In this document: in pieces, positions 27,797-37,629 of the stretch
Numbering within the stretch: position 1 is the stretch's first letter
How the letters are laid out: each line of letters opens with the position of its first letter
Assembly: GCA_964400475.1 (NCBI GenBank)
Contig: CAYNTH010000005.1
Location: 11,064 to 54,337 of the forward strand
DNA: 43,274 nt
Reading direction: 5' to 3'
Source: an uncultured archaeon
Lineage (GTDB): Archaea > Aenigmatarchaeota > Aenigmatarchaeia > CG10238-14 > SCSR01
The notes under the pieces: model-generated
Told to the model about the DNA's origin: nothing
Databases searched by the model: none
Seen by the model: the letters and a program-made list of their open reading frames with translations, nothing else
Made by a program: the position numbers and the translations under genes

Positions 27797-29004
27797 TTCC
27801 AGAAAAGGTTGTTCAATATATTCTTCTTTTGTTTTTTCTTGCGTTCCTTCTCGCGTTTTTTCATCTTCCTTATGACTTTCTTTATGGTCTTAACGGATTC
27901 GTCCGCCTCTTTTTTGTTGTTACCAACGCCCGCGGTATTGCCCACACCCACAACGAGTATCGATCCCTTATCATCGGTTGCCTTGATCCTTTCCTCAATT
28001 TTTTCGATCACATTGGAAATAGCATCCAACATCGATTTTTTCATCGGCTGTATCGCCTCTTCCTGGCTCATCTTAACAACAATCGAATCCAGCGGAAGAT
28101 TCTTCTCAACAGCTACATCTTCTATCTGAGATTTGTCAACACCTAAGCCACCTATGGCAACGCCGACACCTTCCACAACCTTTCCAGTTTTTTCCCCCTC
28201 CAACTTGGCGGATGCGTCAACGGTTATTATCTTTGCGACTCTCTTCTTCTTAACGAGCTTTTCAGTGGCCTTTCCCAGTTTCCCAAGACGACCACCGGGA
28301 CCCTTGGCCTTCATTATATAAACTGTCCTGCCGCGTATCTTCTTCTTCGCATAAACTATATCCTTCTCCATCTCTTTGACCTTTTTACCACCTATCATAT
28401 TCGCTGCGACAAGAGGTCCGATAGTGTCCCCTATTGGCCATCCCTTCGATAATGCTTCCGTACCGTCCAGCAATGCACTGGATATGCGCTCGATCATGGG
28501 AAGCTGCATCTGGAGTACCATCGCCAACTGAAGGTTCTTTGTCTTCCTTATGAGTTCCACATAATGCCTGACGATTTTGGCCAATTGATTAAGAGAAATC
28601 GCACCAGACAATCCCATCTTTATGTTCTGTTTTTCCTCAGTCTCCTTATTCGGTGCAACCTGCTCAACGAAATAATCGAACCTGTCTTCGGCACCGTCCA
28701 TCATATGTTCTATCTTGCCTATTATACCGGACGGGTCCAGTTTGACTGGTTGTATCACGAAGAAATCCAAAAAATTACTTATGCCCTTTTTCACCTTCTT
28801 GCTCGGTTTCTCAGCCACTTGTTTCAAAACAATCTTCTTTCCCTTGCTCGTCCTCTTCTCCAGCTCCTTGGCAGATTGGTCCAACTTCCATATCATCTGC
28901 GTTATTATGATCTTAGGATATACCATGGTGAATAGGAAAAAGAACAGGAACCATATTATGCTTTGCCAAATATTTCCACCACTTCCGAAGAACATCTCGA
29001 TCAT
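27793..29004 (-). CDS. DUF1512 family membrane protein
   Basis: I.PV.LDP.GI, KIVRH, PIGD.IGP, ITVDA..KLEGE.TG...EG.GVAIGG.G and GVGNT.GV. Confidence 0.88.
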   Translation of the reverse strand: MIEMFFGSGGNIWQSIIWFLFFFLFTMVYPKIIITQMIWKLDQSAKELEKRTSKGKKIVLKQVAEKPSKKVKKGISNFLDFFVIQPVKLDPSGIIGKIEHMMDGAEDRFDYFVEQVAPNKETEEKQNIKMGLSGAISLNQLAKIVRHYVELIRKTKNLQLAMVLQMQLPMIERISSALLDGTEALSKGWPIGDTIGPLVAANMIGGKKVKEMEKDIVYAKKKIRGRTVYIMKAKGPGGRLGKLGKATEKLVKKKRVAKIITVDASAKLEGEKTGKVVEGVGVAIGGLGVDKSQIEDVAVEKNLPLDSIVVKMSQEEAIQPMKKSMLDAISNVIEKIEERIKATDDKGSILVVGVGNTAGVGNNKKEADESVKTIKKVIRKMKKREKERKKKQKKNILNNLFWN

Positions 29005-29117
29005 ATCATCACTTATATACAATATCAACAACGTATTTTTTAAACTTAGTATACTATATTAATTTAGTATAATATTACTGTTAGGATATAGAATATTATA
29101 TTCCCTTATATAAACAT

Positions 29118-29870
29118 TTGATGGACATGATGAAAATGGACTGGAAATCAAAACTAGCGGTGTTCACGATTATTGGAATTGGTGTATTACTCCTTCAGAC
29201 TGACAGTGGTAGGGATTACTTCAACAGCAGTATGAATCTTTTGAGGGTGAAAGCCGGTAATGCTGTTGCAACCACCGTCAGCGGACTGTTCAAGCAGAGC
29301 ATGCCAGAGGGACAGCCATACAAAATAGAACTGGAATCCAACAGGGAGGCGTTCGCAGGACAGTCTTACCCCATAGGCAACTCCAGTTTCGAGGTCAATG
29401 GGAAATGTGTCACATCAATCAGGATAGACAACATCTACCTGGAAAAGGAACTGACTGACTGCAATATCAAATCGGACAGCCTCAAGGGCGATTTCGGTTA
29501 TACTGAGAGTGGTACTGTCACATTCGACGGCACTGCTGAGAAGATACAAGTGGACGAACAGCTTTACAAGACCAGGTCCTCAGAAACAGTTATGGACAAC
29601 TCGTTGGATGTTAAATTTGAGGTCATCCCGGAGAACATGATACTTAAATCACTCGAACTGCCTAAGATCGAACTGGAATCCGTGAACGGGATAATAAAGA
29701 GATACAATGAAAACGATGAACTAAAGGGGGACGAACACCTGGACTCGGACATGCTGGAAATAAGGGGTTTCGAAGGGTATTTAAAGGTTGAGAATTCCAA
29801 TATAATTAAACTAAATGGTGATGCCGTTTCCGTTGAAGGCGGTAGCGGTGATCTGAGCTTCAAATGGTAG
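29118..29870 (+). CDS. Hypothetical exported / membrane-anchored beta-rich protein
   Basis: N-terminal hydrophobic anchor followed by a beta-strand-rich remainder. Confidence 0.6.
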   Translation: MMDMMKMDWKSKLAVFTIIGIGVLLLQTDSGRDYFNSSMNLLRVKAGNAVATTVSGLFKQSMPEGQPYKIELESNREAFAGQSYPIGNSSFEVNGKCVTSIRIDNIYLEKELTDCNIKSDSLKGDFGYTESGTVTFDGTAEKIQVDEQLYKTRSSETVMDNSLDVKFEVIPENMILKSLELPKIELESVNGIIKRYNENDELKGDEHLDSDMLEIRGFEGYLKVENSNIIKLNGDAVSVEGGSGDLSFKW

Positions 29871-29979
29871 AACTTCAGTATTGGAGAAAAAGCCGAAAAT
29901 AGCAATTATTTGATGGTAATTTTAGACTTTTTCTTTAACTGAACCCATTTCGAAGACTAAACAAAGGAGATGATAAATA

Positions 29980-30471
29980 ATGAGTGCGTATAAGAAAGAT
30001 ACTAGGACACGTAGGACTAGAAGAAAGAACTATTTGAAAAAGGATGAGCCTAAGATAGCCCTTTTTGTGGATGGGCCGAATATGCTCAGAAAGGAATTTA
30101 TGATAGATCTGCGGGAGCTGAAAAAGTGCATCGCCAAATATGGATGTGTGACAACAGCAAAGGTATTTGTTAACCAATTTGCACCTGAAAAACTCATAGA
30201 GGCCATAATCAACGAGGGTTTCGAACCTGTGATGATTTTGGCCGAAGTGGAGGCAGAGAAGAACGATGTCGATGTAGCAGTAGCTGTCGCATCCGTAGAG
30301 GCTGCCATAGCTCAAAACGTTGATTTTGTCGCATTGGCGTCGAGGGACGCTGATTACATGCCTGCTATCCATATTATCAAACAATATGGAAAGAAGGTCA
30401 TAATAATCGGTGCTGAACCCGGGATGTCAAGCGGTCTGATGAATGGCGCGGATTACGTGGAGATGTTGTAA
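29980..30471 (+). CDS. NYN-domain protein (TIGR00288-like)
   Basis: FVDGPNMLRKEF, DVDV and SRDADY.P. Confidence 0.9.
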   Translation: MSAYKKDTRTRRTRRKNYLKKDEPKIALFVDGPNMLRKEFMIDLRELKKCIAKYGCVTTAKVFVNQFAPEKLIEAIINEGFEPVMILAEVEAEKNDVDVAVAVASVEAAIAQNVDFVALASRDADYMPAIHIIKQYGKKVIIIGAEPGMSSGLMNGADYVEML

Positions 30472-30589
30472 TCTCCTTTCCTTTTTTATTTTTTAACAAT
30501 CTGAATACATCTTTTTATTCACAACCCCACATTGATTTAGATTAGTTTGGTGGGATTGGAAAATATCAAAATAATGTTTAGGCAATGCG

Positions 30590-31060
30590 CTATCCTTTCC
30601 TAACACGATTCAGCAACAAAATATCATCCTTTATATCAAGATTGTCTCTGGTGATTATCGCCCGTTTGTATTCCCCATCAGGGGATGTGAACCCAAACTC
30701 GTGGTAGAATAATCTATCAGCGAACTTGGAATATATACCCAGTTCATCCAGCTTCGACTGCAGCGCGTGTTTGTATCTGACTTTGTCGTAGGACAATCTA
30801 TCTTCAATATTATCTATCTCATCTTCGACCACTCGGACATCTTGTTTTGTCAGGTTGAAATTATACCTTAATATATGCCTGTGTGAATCGTTTTCCGGTA
30901 ATTTGGAACAGAGAAAATATGCACGTTTTCTGTTAGTATAAACATCATTGTATATCCCGTTCACAAAATCATTGTTATCCATACAAGCCAAACATTTTCT
31001 CCCGATAACGCTCATGACATCTTCCATGCTGAACAGCCTTTCCATATCTTCCAATTCCAT
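30590..31060 (-). CDS. Hypothetical protein
   Basis: ORF only. Confidence 0.55.
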   Translation of the reverse strand: MELEDMERLFSMEDVMSVIGRKCLACMDNNDFVNGIYNDVYTNRKRAYFLCSKLPENDSHRHILRYNFNLTKQDVRVVEDEIDNIEDRLSYDKVRYKHALQSKLDELGIYSKFADRLFYHEFGFTSPDGEYKRAIITRDNLDIKDDILLLNRVRKG

Positions 31061-31102
31061 GGGAAAAAGAGGTCAAACAACACTTATAAGGATTGTCATT
31101 TC

Positions 31103-32074
31103 CTACAAAAAACCGTTATCATCGTACCATTCTATCGTTTTTCTAATACCTTCTCTTAAATCAACATTAGTCTCGTACCCCAACACGTCTCTGGCTTTGG
31201 AAATGTCGTAAAAATGATTCTCCGTGAAAAAATCAACTACCTTCTGGTTCAATCGAGGTTCCACACCGAAAACACCCCCGACATTACCCAATATATACGC
31301 ACCAGCCTTCGCAATACTCACTGGAAAATGCAATGGATCGATATCAACTCCCAGTTCCTCTGCTATGGTATTAATGAATTCCGCAGTAGTTTTTGGTTCA
31401 GCACCTATCAGAAATTTCTCACCGAATGCGTCTTTATTCCCAATAACCAACTCGAATCCACGTACCATATCGATTGCGTATGTGGGTTGGTGAATATTGT
31501 CACCATTACCCACAAAATGTATCTTCTTGGATTTGACTGCATTGAATATCGGCAGATGATAAAAATCGTGGGGGCCGTAACAAAGTGTGGGTGATATTAT
31601 TGTAACATCTATTTCATCCATTTTCGAAAGGACCACTCTCTCACCTTCAAGTTTGGTCCTATAATATACCCTACTCGTGTCGTATCTTTTAGAATCTTCG
31701 TTCAACGGTACATCATTAACTGGCCCTATAATAGACGATGTGGAACACTGAACGAACTGTCCCACCCCAGATTCTATACTCTCTTGGAGAATATTCTTTG
31801 TACCAAGTACATTCACATCCCATGACAACTTCTCATCTTCCACCCACCCCTTCTTCTGGGCCGCCAGATTGAAGACAATATCAATATTATCGGTGATCCC
31901 GTCAAGCGAAGACCTGTCAACAACATCACCCTTGCTTATATCGACCCCCATATTCTTGAAAAACGAGGTGTCTTCTGGTTTGAAGAGCATGCATCTGACA
32001 TCGTGCTTATCAGCGAATCTTTTGACCAGATTCTTCCCGACGAACCCACCAGCACCTGTAATCAATATATCCAT
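31103..32074 (-). CDS. NAD-dependent epimerase/dehydratase (extended SDR)
   Basis: TGAGGFVG, NLAA, NV.GT, YYRTK and YGP.D. Confidence 0.9.
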   Translation of the reverse strand: MDILITGAGGFVGKNLVKRFADKHDVRCMLFKPEDTSFFKNMGVDISKGDVVDRSSLDGITDNIDIVFNLAAQKKGWVEDEKLSWDVNVLGTKNILQESIESGVGQFVQCSTSSIIGPVNDVPLNEDSKRYDTSRVYYRTKLEGERVVLSKMDEIDVTIISPTLCYGPHDFYHLPIFNAVKSKKIHFVGNGDNIHQPTYAIDMVRGFELVIGNKDAFGEKFLIGAEPKTTAEFINTIAEELGVDIDPLHFPVSIAKAGAYILGNVGGVFGVEPRLNQKVVDFFTENHFYDISKARDVLGYETNVDLREGIRKTIEWYDDNGFL

Positions 32075-32124
32075 TCCAAAATACCCAATATTAACTTTAT
32101 TAGATTTTAATAAAAAGAGTAATT

Positions 32125-33531
32125 ATGAAAATCCTGTTCATCAGGGCATCCAACTACCCAAAACACAATCATCCGGAAAACACGAGAGCACCGATGGACA
32201 TAGGGTATTCGGCATCTCTGCTAGAAATGGATGGGCACCAGACGCACCTGATAGACATGAAAGCAGACAATTTGGATGTTGATGGCGCGTTCTCAAAAAC
32301 TAAGAAAATCGATCCTGATATGGTTTTCATAAAAACGGAAACCCCGAACATCGATGTTTCACTCGAACTATCTAAACGCATAAAACAATCCAAAGATATA
32401 GACATCTATTTTTTCGGTCAGCACGCCACAACATTACCCGAGACGGTATTGTCCAAAAACAGGATAGTCGACGCATGTGTGATGGGGGAGCCCGAATATA
32501 CCATAAGAGAAATAACAAACAAGAACGGGAATGATTTACGCGGTATCAAGGGAGCCGTATTTTTCGAAAACGACAAGATTGAAAGAACGGGACGGAGGAA
32601 GCTGATAGAAAATTTGGACGAATTGCCAATGCCCAAACACGAATTCTTCCTAAACGGAAACTATAAGGATTATCTTCCAATTCAGTTGATGTCCAAGAGG
32701 AAATACGGATACATGATCACATCTCGTGGATGCCCGTACGACTGCATATATTGTTCGCCCACACTGAGAGTGTCTTATGGTAAAAATATGAGATTCCGCT
32801 CAATCCAAAATGTTGTGGACGAGATGGAGTTCCTTGTCGACAGCGGAGTAAACGTGATAGTATTCAAGGACGACGTGTTTACAGTATCCAAAAAAAGGAC
32901 GATCGAATTATGCAAGGAGATTATCAAGAGAGATGTGGACGTGAAATGGTTCGCCCAGACGAGATCGGATTGTTTGGACAGCGAGTTAGTGGATATCATG
33001 AAAGATGCAGGATGCGGGATAATCGCGATAGGGGTCGAATCAGGGTCGAACAGGATATTGGATATAATGGAAAAGGACGAAACGCGCGAACAGGCCGAAA
33101 GAGCGTTCGACATTATAAAAAATGCTGGTATAAACAGCGTGGGATATTTCATGCTCGGTGCACCGACAGAGACCATAGACGAAATGAAAGAGACAATAGA
33201 GCTATGCAAAAAAATCAGACCCGACATGATACAGGTCGCATTCTTCACACCATATCCGGGGTCGAAGGCATACGAAAACTATTGTGAAGGGTCCGACATA
33301 GATTTCAATAGTTTCACACATTATGACAGGCTCACACTCAATTGCAGTGATGTTTCCGATAGTCAATTAAAGGGCATGCAGAGGAGATTCTACAAGGAAT
33401 ACATATTTTCTATACCGTTCATAATCAACTACATCAGAAAAAAGATACCAACAGCACCGTTCAACATATTGGAAGATATCGAATTCGTGAAAAAGGGGAC
33501 CAGGTTCATATACAAAAACAATGATGACTGA
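32125..33531 (+). CDS. B12-binding radical SAM protein
   Basis: G.HAT, GEPE, SRGCPYDCIYC, DDVF, GVESGS, G.PTET and TPYPG. Confidence 0.9.
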   Translation: MKILFIRASNYPKHNHPENTRAPMDIGYSASLLEMDGHQTHLIDMKADNLDVDGAFSKTKKIDPDMVFIKTETPNIDVSLELSKRIKQSKDIDIYFFGQHATTLPETVLSKNRIVDACVMGEPEYTIREITNKNGNDLRGIKGAVFFENDKIERTGRRKLIENLDELPMPKHEFFLNGNYKDYLPIQLMSKRKYGYMITSRGCPYDCIYCSPTLRVSYGKNMRFRSIQNVVDEMEFLVDSGVNVIVFKDDVFTVSKKRTIELCKEIIKRDVDVKWFAQTRSDCLDSELVDIMKDAGCGIIAIGVESGSNRILDIMEKDETREQAERAFDIIKNAGINSVGYFMLGAPTETIDEMKETIELCKKIRPDMIQVAFFTPYPGSKAYENYCEGSDIDFNSFTHYDRLTLNCSDVSDSQLKGMQRRFYKEYIFSIPFIINYIRKKIPTAPFNILEDIEFVKKGTRFIYKNNDD

Positions 33532-33627
33532 CAAAAGCCTTTTTAAATTTTGCACACGCAACCGAATATCGGAAAAATGATATTGGTTTTATATATCTAA
33601 AGTACGAAAATAATTCTAGGTGAATGC

Positions 33628-33969
33628 ATGGGATTCTTAGATATTTTCAAGAAAATAGGCGGTGGGAAGAAGGAACGTATGGAAATACAACTGGATGAGA
33701 GCCTAAAACAAGAGGGACCGATGGACAAAATACTCGTACGCGTCGAAAACATAACTGGTATAAACGATGTTGAGAGGATAGAGAGACTGCTCAAGGAGGG
33801 CAACATATTACTTTTGAAGGTTTCTGACTTGCAGGCAAAGGATATCGGACAATTCAAACAGACCGTACAGATGCTCAAGAGGAGATGTGTACAGTTTGGA
33901 TGGGATATCGTGGGTATAGAAGACGGGTATATAGTGATAACGCCTAAATTCGCCCACATAGAGAGATAA
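33628..33969 (+). CDS. sepF: Cell division protein SepF (DUF552)
   Basis: D...I...L.EGNI.L and DIVG.....IVITP....IER. Confidence 0.8.
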   Translation: MGFLDIFKKIGGGKKERMEIQLDESLKQEGPMDKILVRVENITGINDVERIERLLKEGNILLLKVSDLQAKDIGQFKQTVQMLKRRCVQFGWDIVGIEDGYIVITPKFAHIER

Positions 33970-34015
33970 TTTTTTAATATACACACCCAATAATTGTCTA
34001 GATTTTGCAGAAGAG

Positions 34016-35563
34016 GTGGGTAAATTCGCAGATAAAAAAACAAAGTATTATTTAACTACCGCTATTCCTTATGTAAACGCTGCACCCCATATAGGGCACG
34101 CACTGGAATTTGCCCAGACGGATGCAATAGCGAGGTTTCACAAACTACTCGGAAAGGACGTATTTCTGACAACTGGCGCGGATGAAAATAGCCTGAAGAA
34201 CGTCCAAGCTGCTGAAAATAAAGGGATGACTGTCGAAAAACTCTGCGACAGAAACGCGTCCATATTCAAGGAATTCGCTGAGAAAATCGGACTGTCCTAC
34301 AGTGTTTTCAGAAGATCTTCGTCAAAGGAAAACCATTGGGATGGCGTACATAAATTATGGAAATTGTGCGACGAATCAGGCGATATATACAAGAAGAAAT
34401 ACAGGGGATTGTATTGCGTGGGATGCGAATCGTTCTACAAGGAGAACGAGTTGGAGGATGGATTGTGCCCTGAACACAAGAAGAAGCCGGAAGTCGTGGA
34501 GGAAGAGAATTATTTTTTCAAATTATCTAAATATCAAAACATACTAAAAGAGAAGATAGAAAAAGATGAGATAAGGATAATACCGGATAAGCGGAAGAAC
34601 GAGATGCTCGCATTCATAAAAGAAGGTTTGGACGATTTTTCTATATCCAGATCGGTTGAAAGGGCACACGGATGGGGTGTGCCTGTACCTGATGACGACA
34701 CGCAGATAGTCTATGTGTGGTTTGATGCATTGAGTGTTTATTTGACAGGAATCGGTTGGGGGTCTGATGACGAAAAATTCGAGAGATTCTGGCCGGCTGA
34801 CGTACATGTGATAGGAAAGGGCATAAACAGGTTCCATTCTATATATTGGCCAGCAATGCTGATGTCGGCCGGATTTGAACCACCCAAAAACGTGTTCGTG
34901 CACGGTTATATAACAGCGGAAGGAGAGAAGATGAGCAAGTCGTTGGGTAATGTGATAGACCCGATGGAGATGATAGAGAAATACGGGGCGGATGTGATCA
35001 GATATTATCTATTGAACGAGATACCGACATTCGAAGACGGTGATTTCTCCGAGAAGAGGTTGATAGAGAAGACCAACAACGAACTAATAGCAAATTTCGG
35101 CAATTTTGTATTCCGTGTTCTGAGCTTCCTCAAGGCCAATTTCAATTCGGTCGTACCCGAACCAGATACCTTGGATGAGGCGGATGAGAAGATGTTGAAA
35201 AAGGTCGAAAGTGCCAAGAAAAAGATGATAAAGAGCATGGAAAATCACAACATACGAAAGGCGTTCCAAGCAGCGCTGGAACTGGCCACAGAAGGCAACA
35301 AATACTTCCAAGAAAAGAAGCCATGGGAAACTATGAAATCAGACCCTGAAAAATGCAATAATACTATGTACATATCTACAAATCTCGTGCACTCATTGGC
35401 AATAGCATTCTGGCCGTTCACGCCATTCGCATCGGAAAGGCTCTGGTACCAGCTTAAGTTGGGCGACATATTCGCACAGGATATAAATGAACTGGAAGAG
35501 ATGAAACTGGAACCTGGACACCGGATAGGGGATATAAAACCACTGTTCAAGAAGATAGAATAA
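34016..35563 (+). CDS. metG: Methionine--tRNA ligase (short form, single Zn knuckle)
   Basis: TTAIPYVN..PHIGH, CVGC...CPEH, WG.PVP, YVWFDAL, KMSKSLGN and LF.KIE. Confidence 0.96.
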   Translation: MGKFADKKTKYYLTTAIPYVNAAPHIGHALEFAQTDAIARFHKLLGKDVFLTTGADENSLKNVQAAENKGMTVEKLCDRNASIFKEFAEKIGLSYSVFRRSSSKENHWDGVHKLWKLCDESGDIYKKKYRGLYCVGCESFYKENELEDGLCPEHKKKPEVVEEENYFFKLSKYQNILKEKIEKDEIRIIPDKRKNEMLAFIKEGLDDFSISRSVERAHGWGVPVPDDDTQIVYVWFDALSVYLTGIGWGSDDEKFERFWPADVHVIGKGINRFHSIYWPAMLMSAGFEPPKNVFVHGYITAEGEKMSKSLGNVIDPMEMIEKYGADVIRYYLLNEIPTFEDGDFSEKRLIEKTNNELIANFGNFVFRVLSFLKANFNSVVPEPDTLDEADEKMLKKVESAKKKMIKSMENHNIRKAFQAALELATEGNKYFQEKKPWETMKSDPEKCNNTMYISTNLVHSLAIAFWPFTPFASERLWYQLKLGDIFAQDINELEEMKLEPGHRIGDIKPLFKKIE

Positions 35564-35600
35564 AAACAAATTTATTTCTGATTCCACTAAATTGTTATCT

Positions 35601-35960
35601 ATGTCAGAGGAAAACGATATGGAATTCATACCATTCGAAGAATTCCAGAAACTGAAACTTAGAGTAGGTAAGGTAGTGGGTGCTGAAGAGATAGAAGGTT
35701 CTAGGAGTTTGCTGAGGCTGGATGTCGATTTTGGTGACAAGAAACTACAGGCAGTTTCTGGACTGAAGAAATGGTACAAACCGGATGACCTGATAGGGAA
35801 CGAATACATGTTCATAACGAACCTAGAGCGCAAGAAGTTCATGGGCGAGGAATCACAGTGCATGATATTCTGCGCAGAAGACGTTGATGAAAACGGTGAG
35901 GAAACGCCGATATGCATGGTTCCGGAAAAAGAGGTCGAGCCTGGTAGCAGGATACACTGA
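35601..35960 (+). CDS. Stand-alone tRNA-binding OB-fold protein (MetRS C-terminal/Trbp111/CsaA-like)
   Basis: FEEFQKLKLRVGKV, L.VDFG, NLE.KKFMG.ESQ.MI and PGSRI. Confidence 0.88.
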   Translation: MSEENDMEFIPFEEFQKLKLRVGKVVGAEEIEGSRSLLRLDVDFGDKKLQAVSGLKKWYKPDDLIGNEYMFITNLERKKFMGEESQCMIFCAEDVDENGEETPICMVPEKEVEPGSRIH

Positions 35961-36012
35961 CTCTTTTCCTTTTTTTATTTTTAATCTTACTAAAAATTCT
36001 CTTAAAATTAAA

Positions 36013-36522
36013 TCATATCTCGTACAAATACGTATGGAAATGTCCTGTTTTTATCTGTTTCACGGGAACCCATCCAGGTATCTCGTGAGCGGCAGATACG
36101 ACCTTCGCTCCTTTCTTCAATTCCTTCTCGAACTTGGGGTTCAGCTCCTCTGCAAGCCTCGGAGACAGGTACATTGTGACAACATCCGCATCCTTGTAAT
36201 CTTCATCGAAGATATCGTTCTTTATTACCTCGACCCTATCACCGAGCCTATTCAGCTTAATGCGAAGATTGGATATGATATACATCAACCCCCACCTCTC
36301 CACACCGACTGCCCTGACACCATACTCCTTGGCAGCTTCTATAATAACCCTTCCATCACCACTGCCAAGATCGTATAATACGTCGTCATCGCTTATATCA
36401 GCTAAATCCAACATTTTTCTCACAGTACCCATCGGCAACGGCACAAAAACAGCATCATCCCGCTGCAACTTTATGATGCCATACAAAAACAGGGCAGCCG
36501 GTATGAGTGTCCATTCATTCAT
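36013..36522 (-). CDS. Class I SAM-dependent methyltransferase (aKMT/FAM173-like protein-lysine MTase)
   Basis: FVPLP...V..ML.LA, YDLGSGDGR, ADVVT.YL and ELK.GA.VVS. Confidence 0.8.
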   Translation of the reverse strand: MNEWTLIPAALFLYGIIKLQRDDAVFVPLPMGTVRKMLDLADISDDDVLYDLGSGDGRVIIEAAKEYGVRAVGVERWGLMYIISNLRIKLNRLGDRVEVIKNDIFDEDYKDADVVTMYLSPRLAEELNPKFEKELKKGAKVVSAAHEIPGWVPVKQIKTGHFHTYLYEI

Positions 36523-36553
36523 GGAAATAATATTGGGTTTGTAAAAAATATCT

Positions 36554-37009
36554 TTATCCATCCATCAATTCATTTACCAGAACCTTGAGCGAAGGCATGA
36601 ATATATCATCCGGGCACTCGTTCAACACAGTGTCCAAACAGATATCCAATCTCTCTATTTGCCCAACGACCTCATACAATTTATCACAATCCGAAACAGG
36701 TGACGTGTGTTCTTTGTTGTATTTATTATATTTGAGTTTAATACCGTCTTTGCACCTGACGCACATTGAATAAATTTCACCGTCCCTGATAACAGCTTTC
36801 TCGCTTCTGAATCTGATACCGAACAATGTGTCTTTGAATTCGTAATATTTCACTGCAACAGACTCACTATCAGACTCGTACACCAATTTTATACTAGGAA
36901 ATGAAGAATCATCGATGCCATCAACCACATCCCATAGATTCTTGGATTTGTAAAAAAGCTTATTCCCGTCGCTACTCTTTTCCCAGGACAACCTATTAGA
37001 AAGCATCAA
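36554..37009 (-). CDS. Hypothetical protein
   Basis: ORF only. Confidence 0.55.
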   Translation of the reverse strand: MMLSNRLSWEKSSDGNKLFYKSKNLWDVVDGIDDSSFPSIKLVYESDSESVAVKYYEFKDTLFGIRFRSEKAVIRDGEIYSMCVRCKDGIKLKYNKYNKEHTSPVSDCDKLYEVVGQIERLDICLDTVLNECPDDIFMPSLKVLVNELMDG

Positions 37010-37087
37010 TTATAATTTCTCCCCGAAATTTAAATAATGGCCGAAAAAAGATAAAAATAATTTAACTAAATACCATGATATTCTTAG

Positions 37088-37591
37088 ATGGTTATGAAGA
37101 AAGTAAAGGATTACATGAACAAGAAAGTACTATACCTCAAACCTGATGACACGATATTAGATGCTGCCAAATTATTCTGCAAGAACAGGATATCAGGCGC
37201 ACCTATAGTGGAGGATGGCAGAACCAAGAAATTGGTGGGTATAATCTCCGAAACCGATTTGGTGGATTTCATGGGTCCGAATATATGTCCACAGCCTCTT
37301 TTTGGTGATTTCGCGCATCTATCATTGAGCATGACACTCGTCAATATTGTACACATGACGAAGAGGCAGATGGGTATGAAGGAAGATATTGAAAAACTGG
37401 TACAAACCGAGATAGAAAATATCATGCACAGGAATGTTATCACAATAACTGCCGACAGTAGTGTGTACGATGCTGCTAAGAAAATGGAGATGAACGATGT
37501 TAACAGGCTGCCTGTGGTGAAGGACGACAGGAGCAAAAAGATGGTCGGTATAATAACCAGGGCGGATGTCATAAGATCCCTTATAGAATGA
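37088..37591 (+). CDS. CBS-domain pair protein
   Basis: ISGAPIV...GIISETD and V.RLPVV...GIITRAD. Confidence 0.9.
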   Translation: MVMKKVKDYMNKKVLYLKPDDTILDAAKLFCKNRISGAPIVEDGRTKKLVGIISETDLVDFMGPNICPQPLFGDFAHLSLSMTLVNIVHMTKRQMGMKEDIEKLVQTEIENIMHRNVITITADSSVYDAAKKMEMNDVNRLPVVKDDRSKKMVGIITRADVIRSLIE

Positions 37592-37629
37592 TTCCAATAT
37601 TCTTAAAAGAGTTTTTGTTGTATTAGTAT

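Noticed and set aside
30520-30560. Imperfect hairpin CAACCCCAC...GTGGGATTG
   Set aside because: It lies between convergent genes and is most simply a terminator-like structure. No further ncRNA features.
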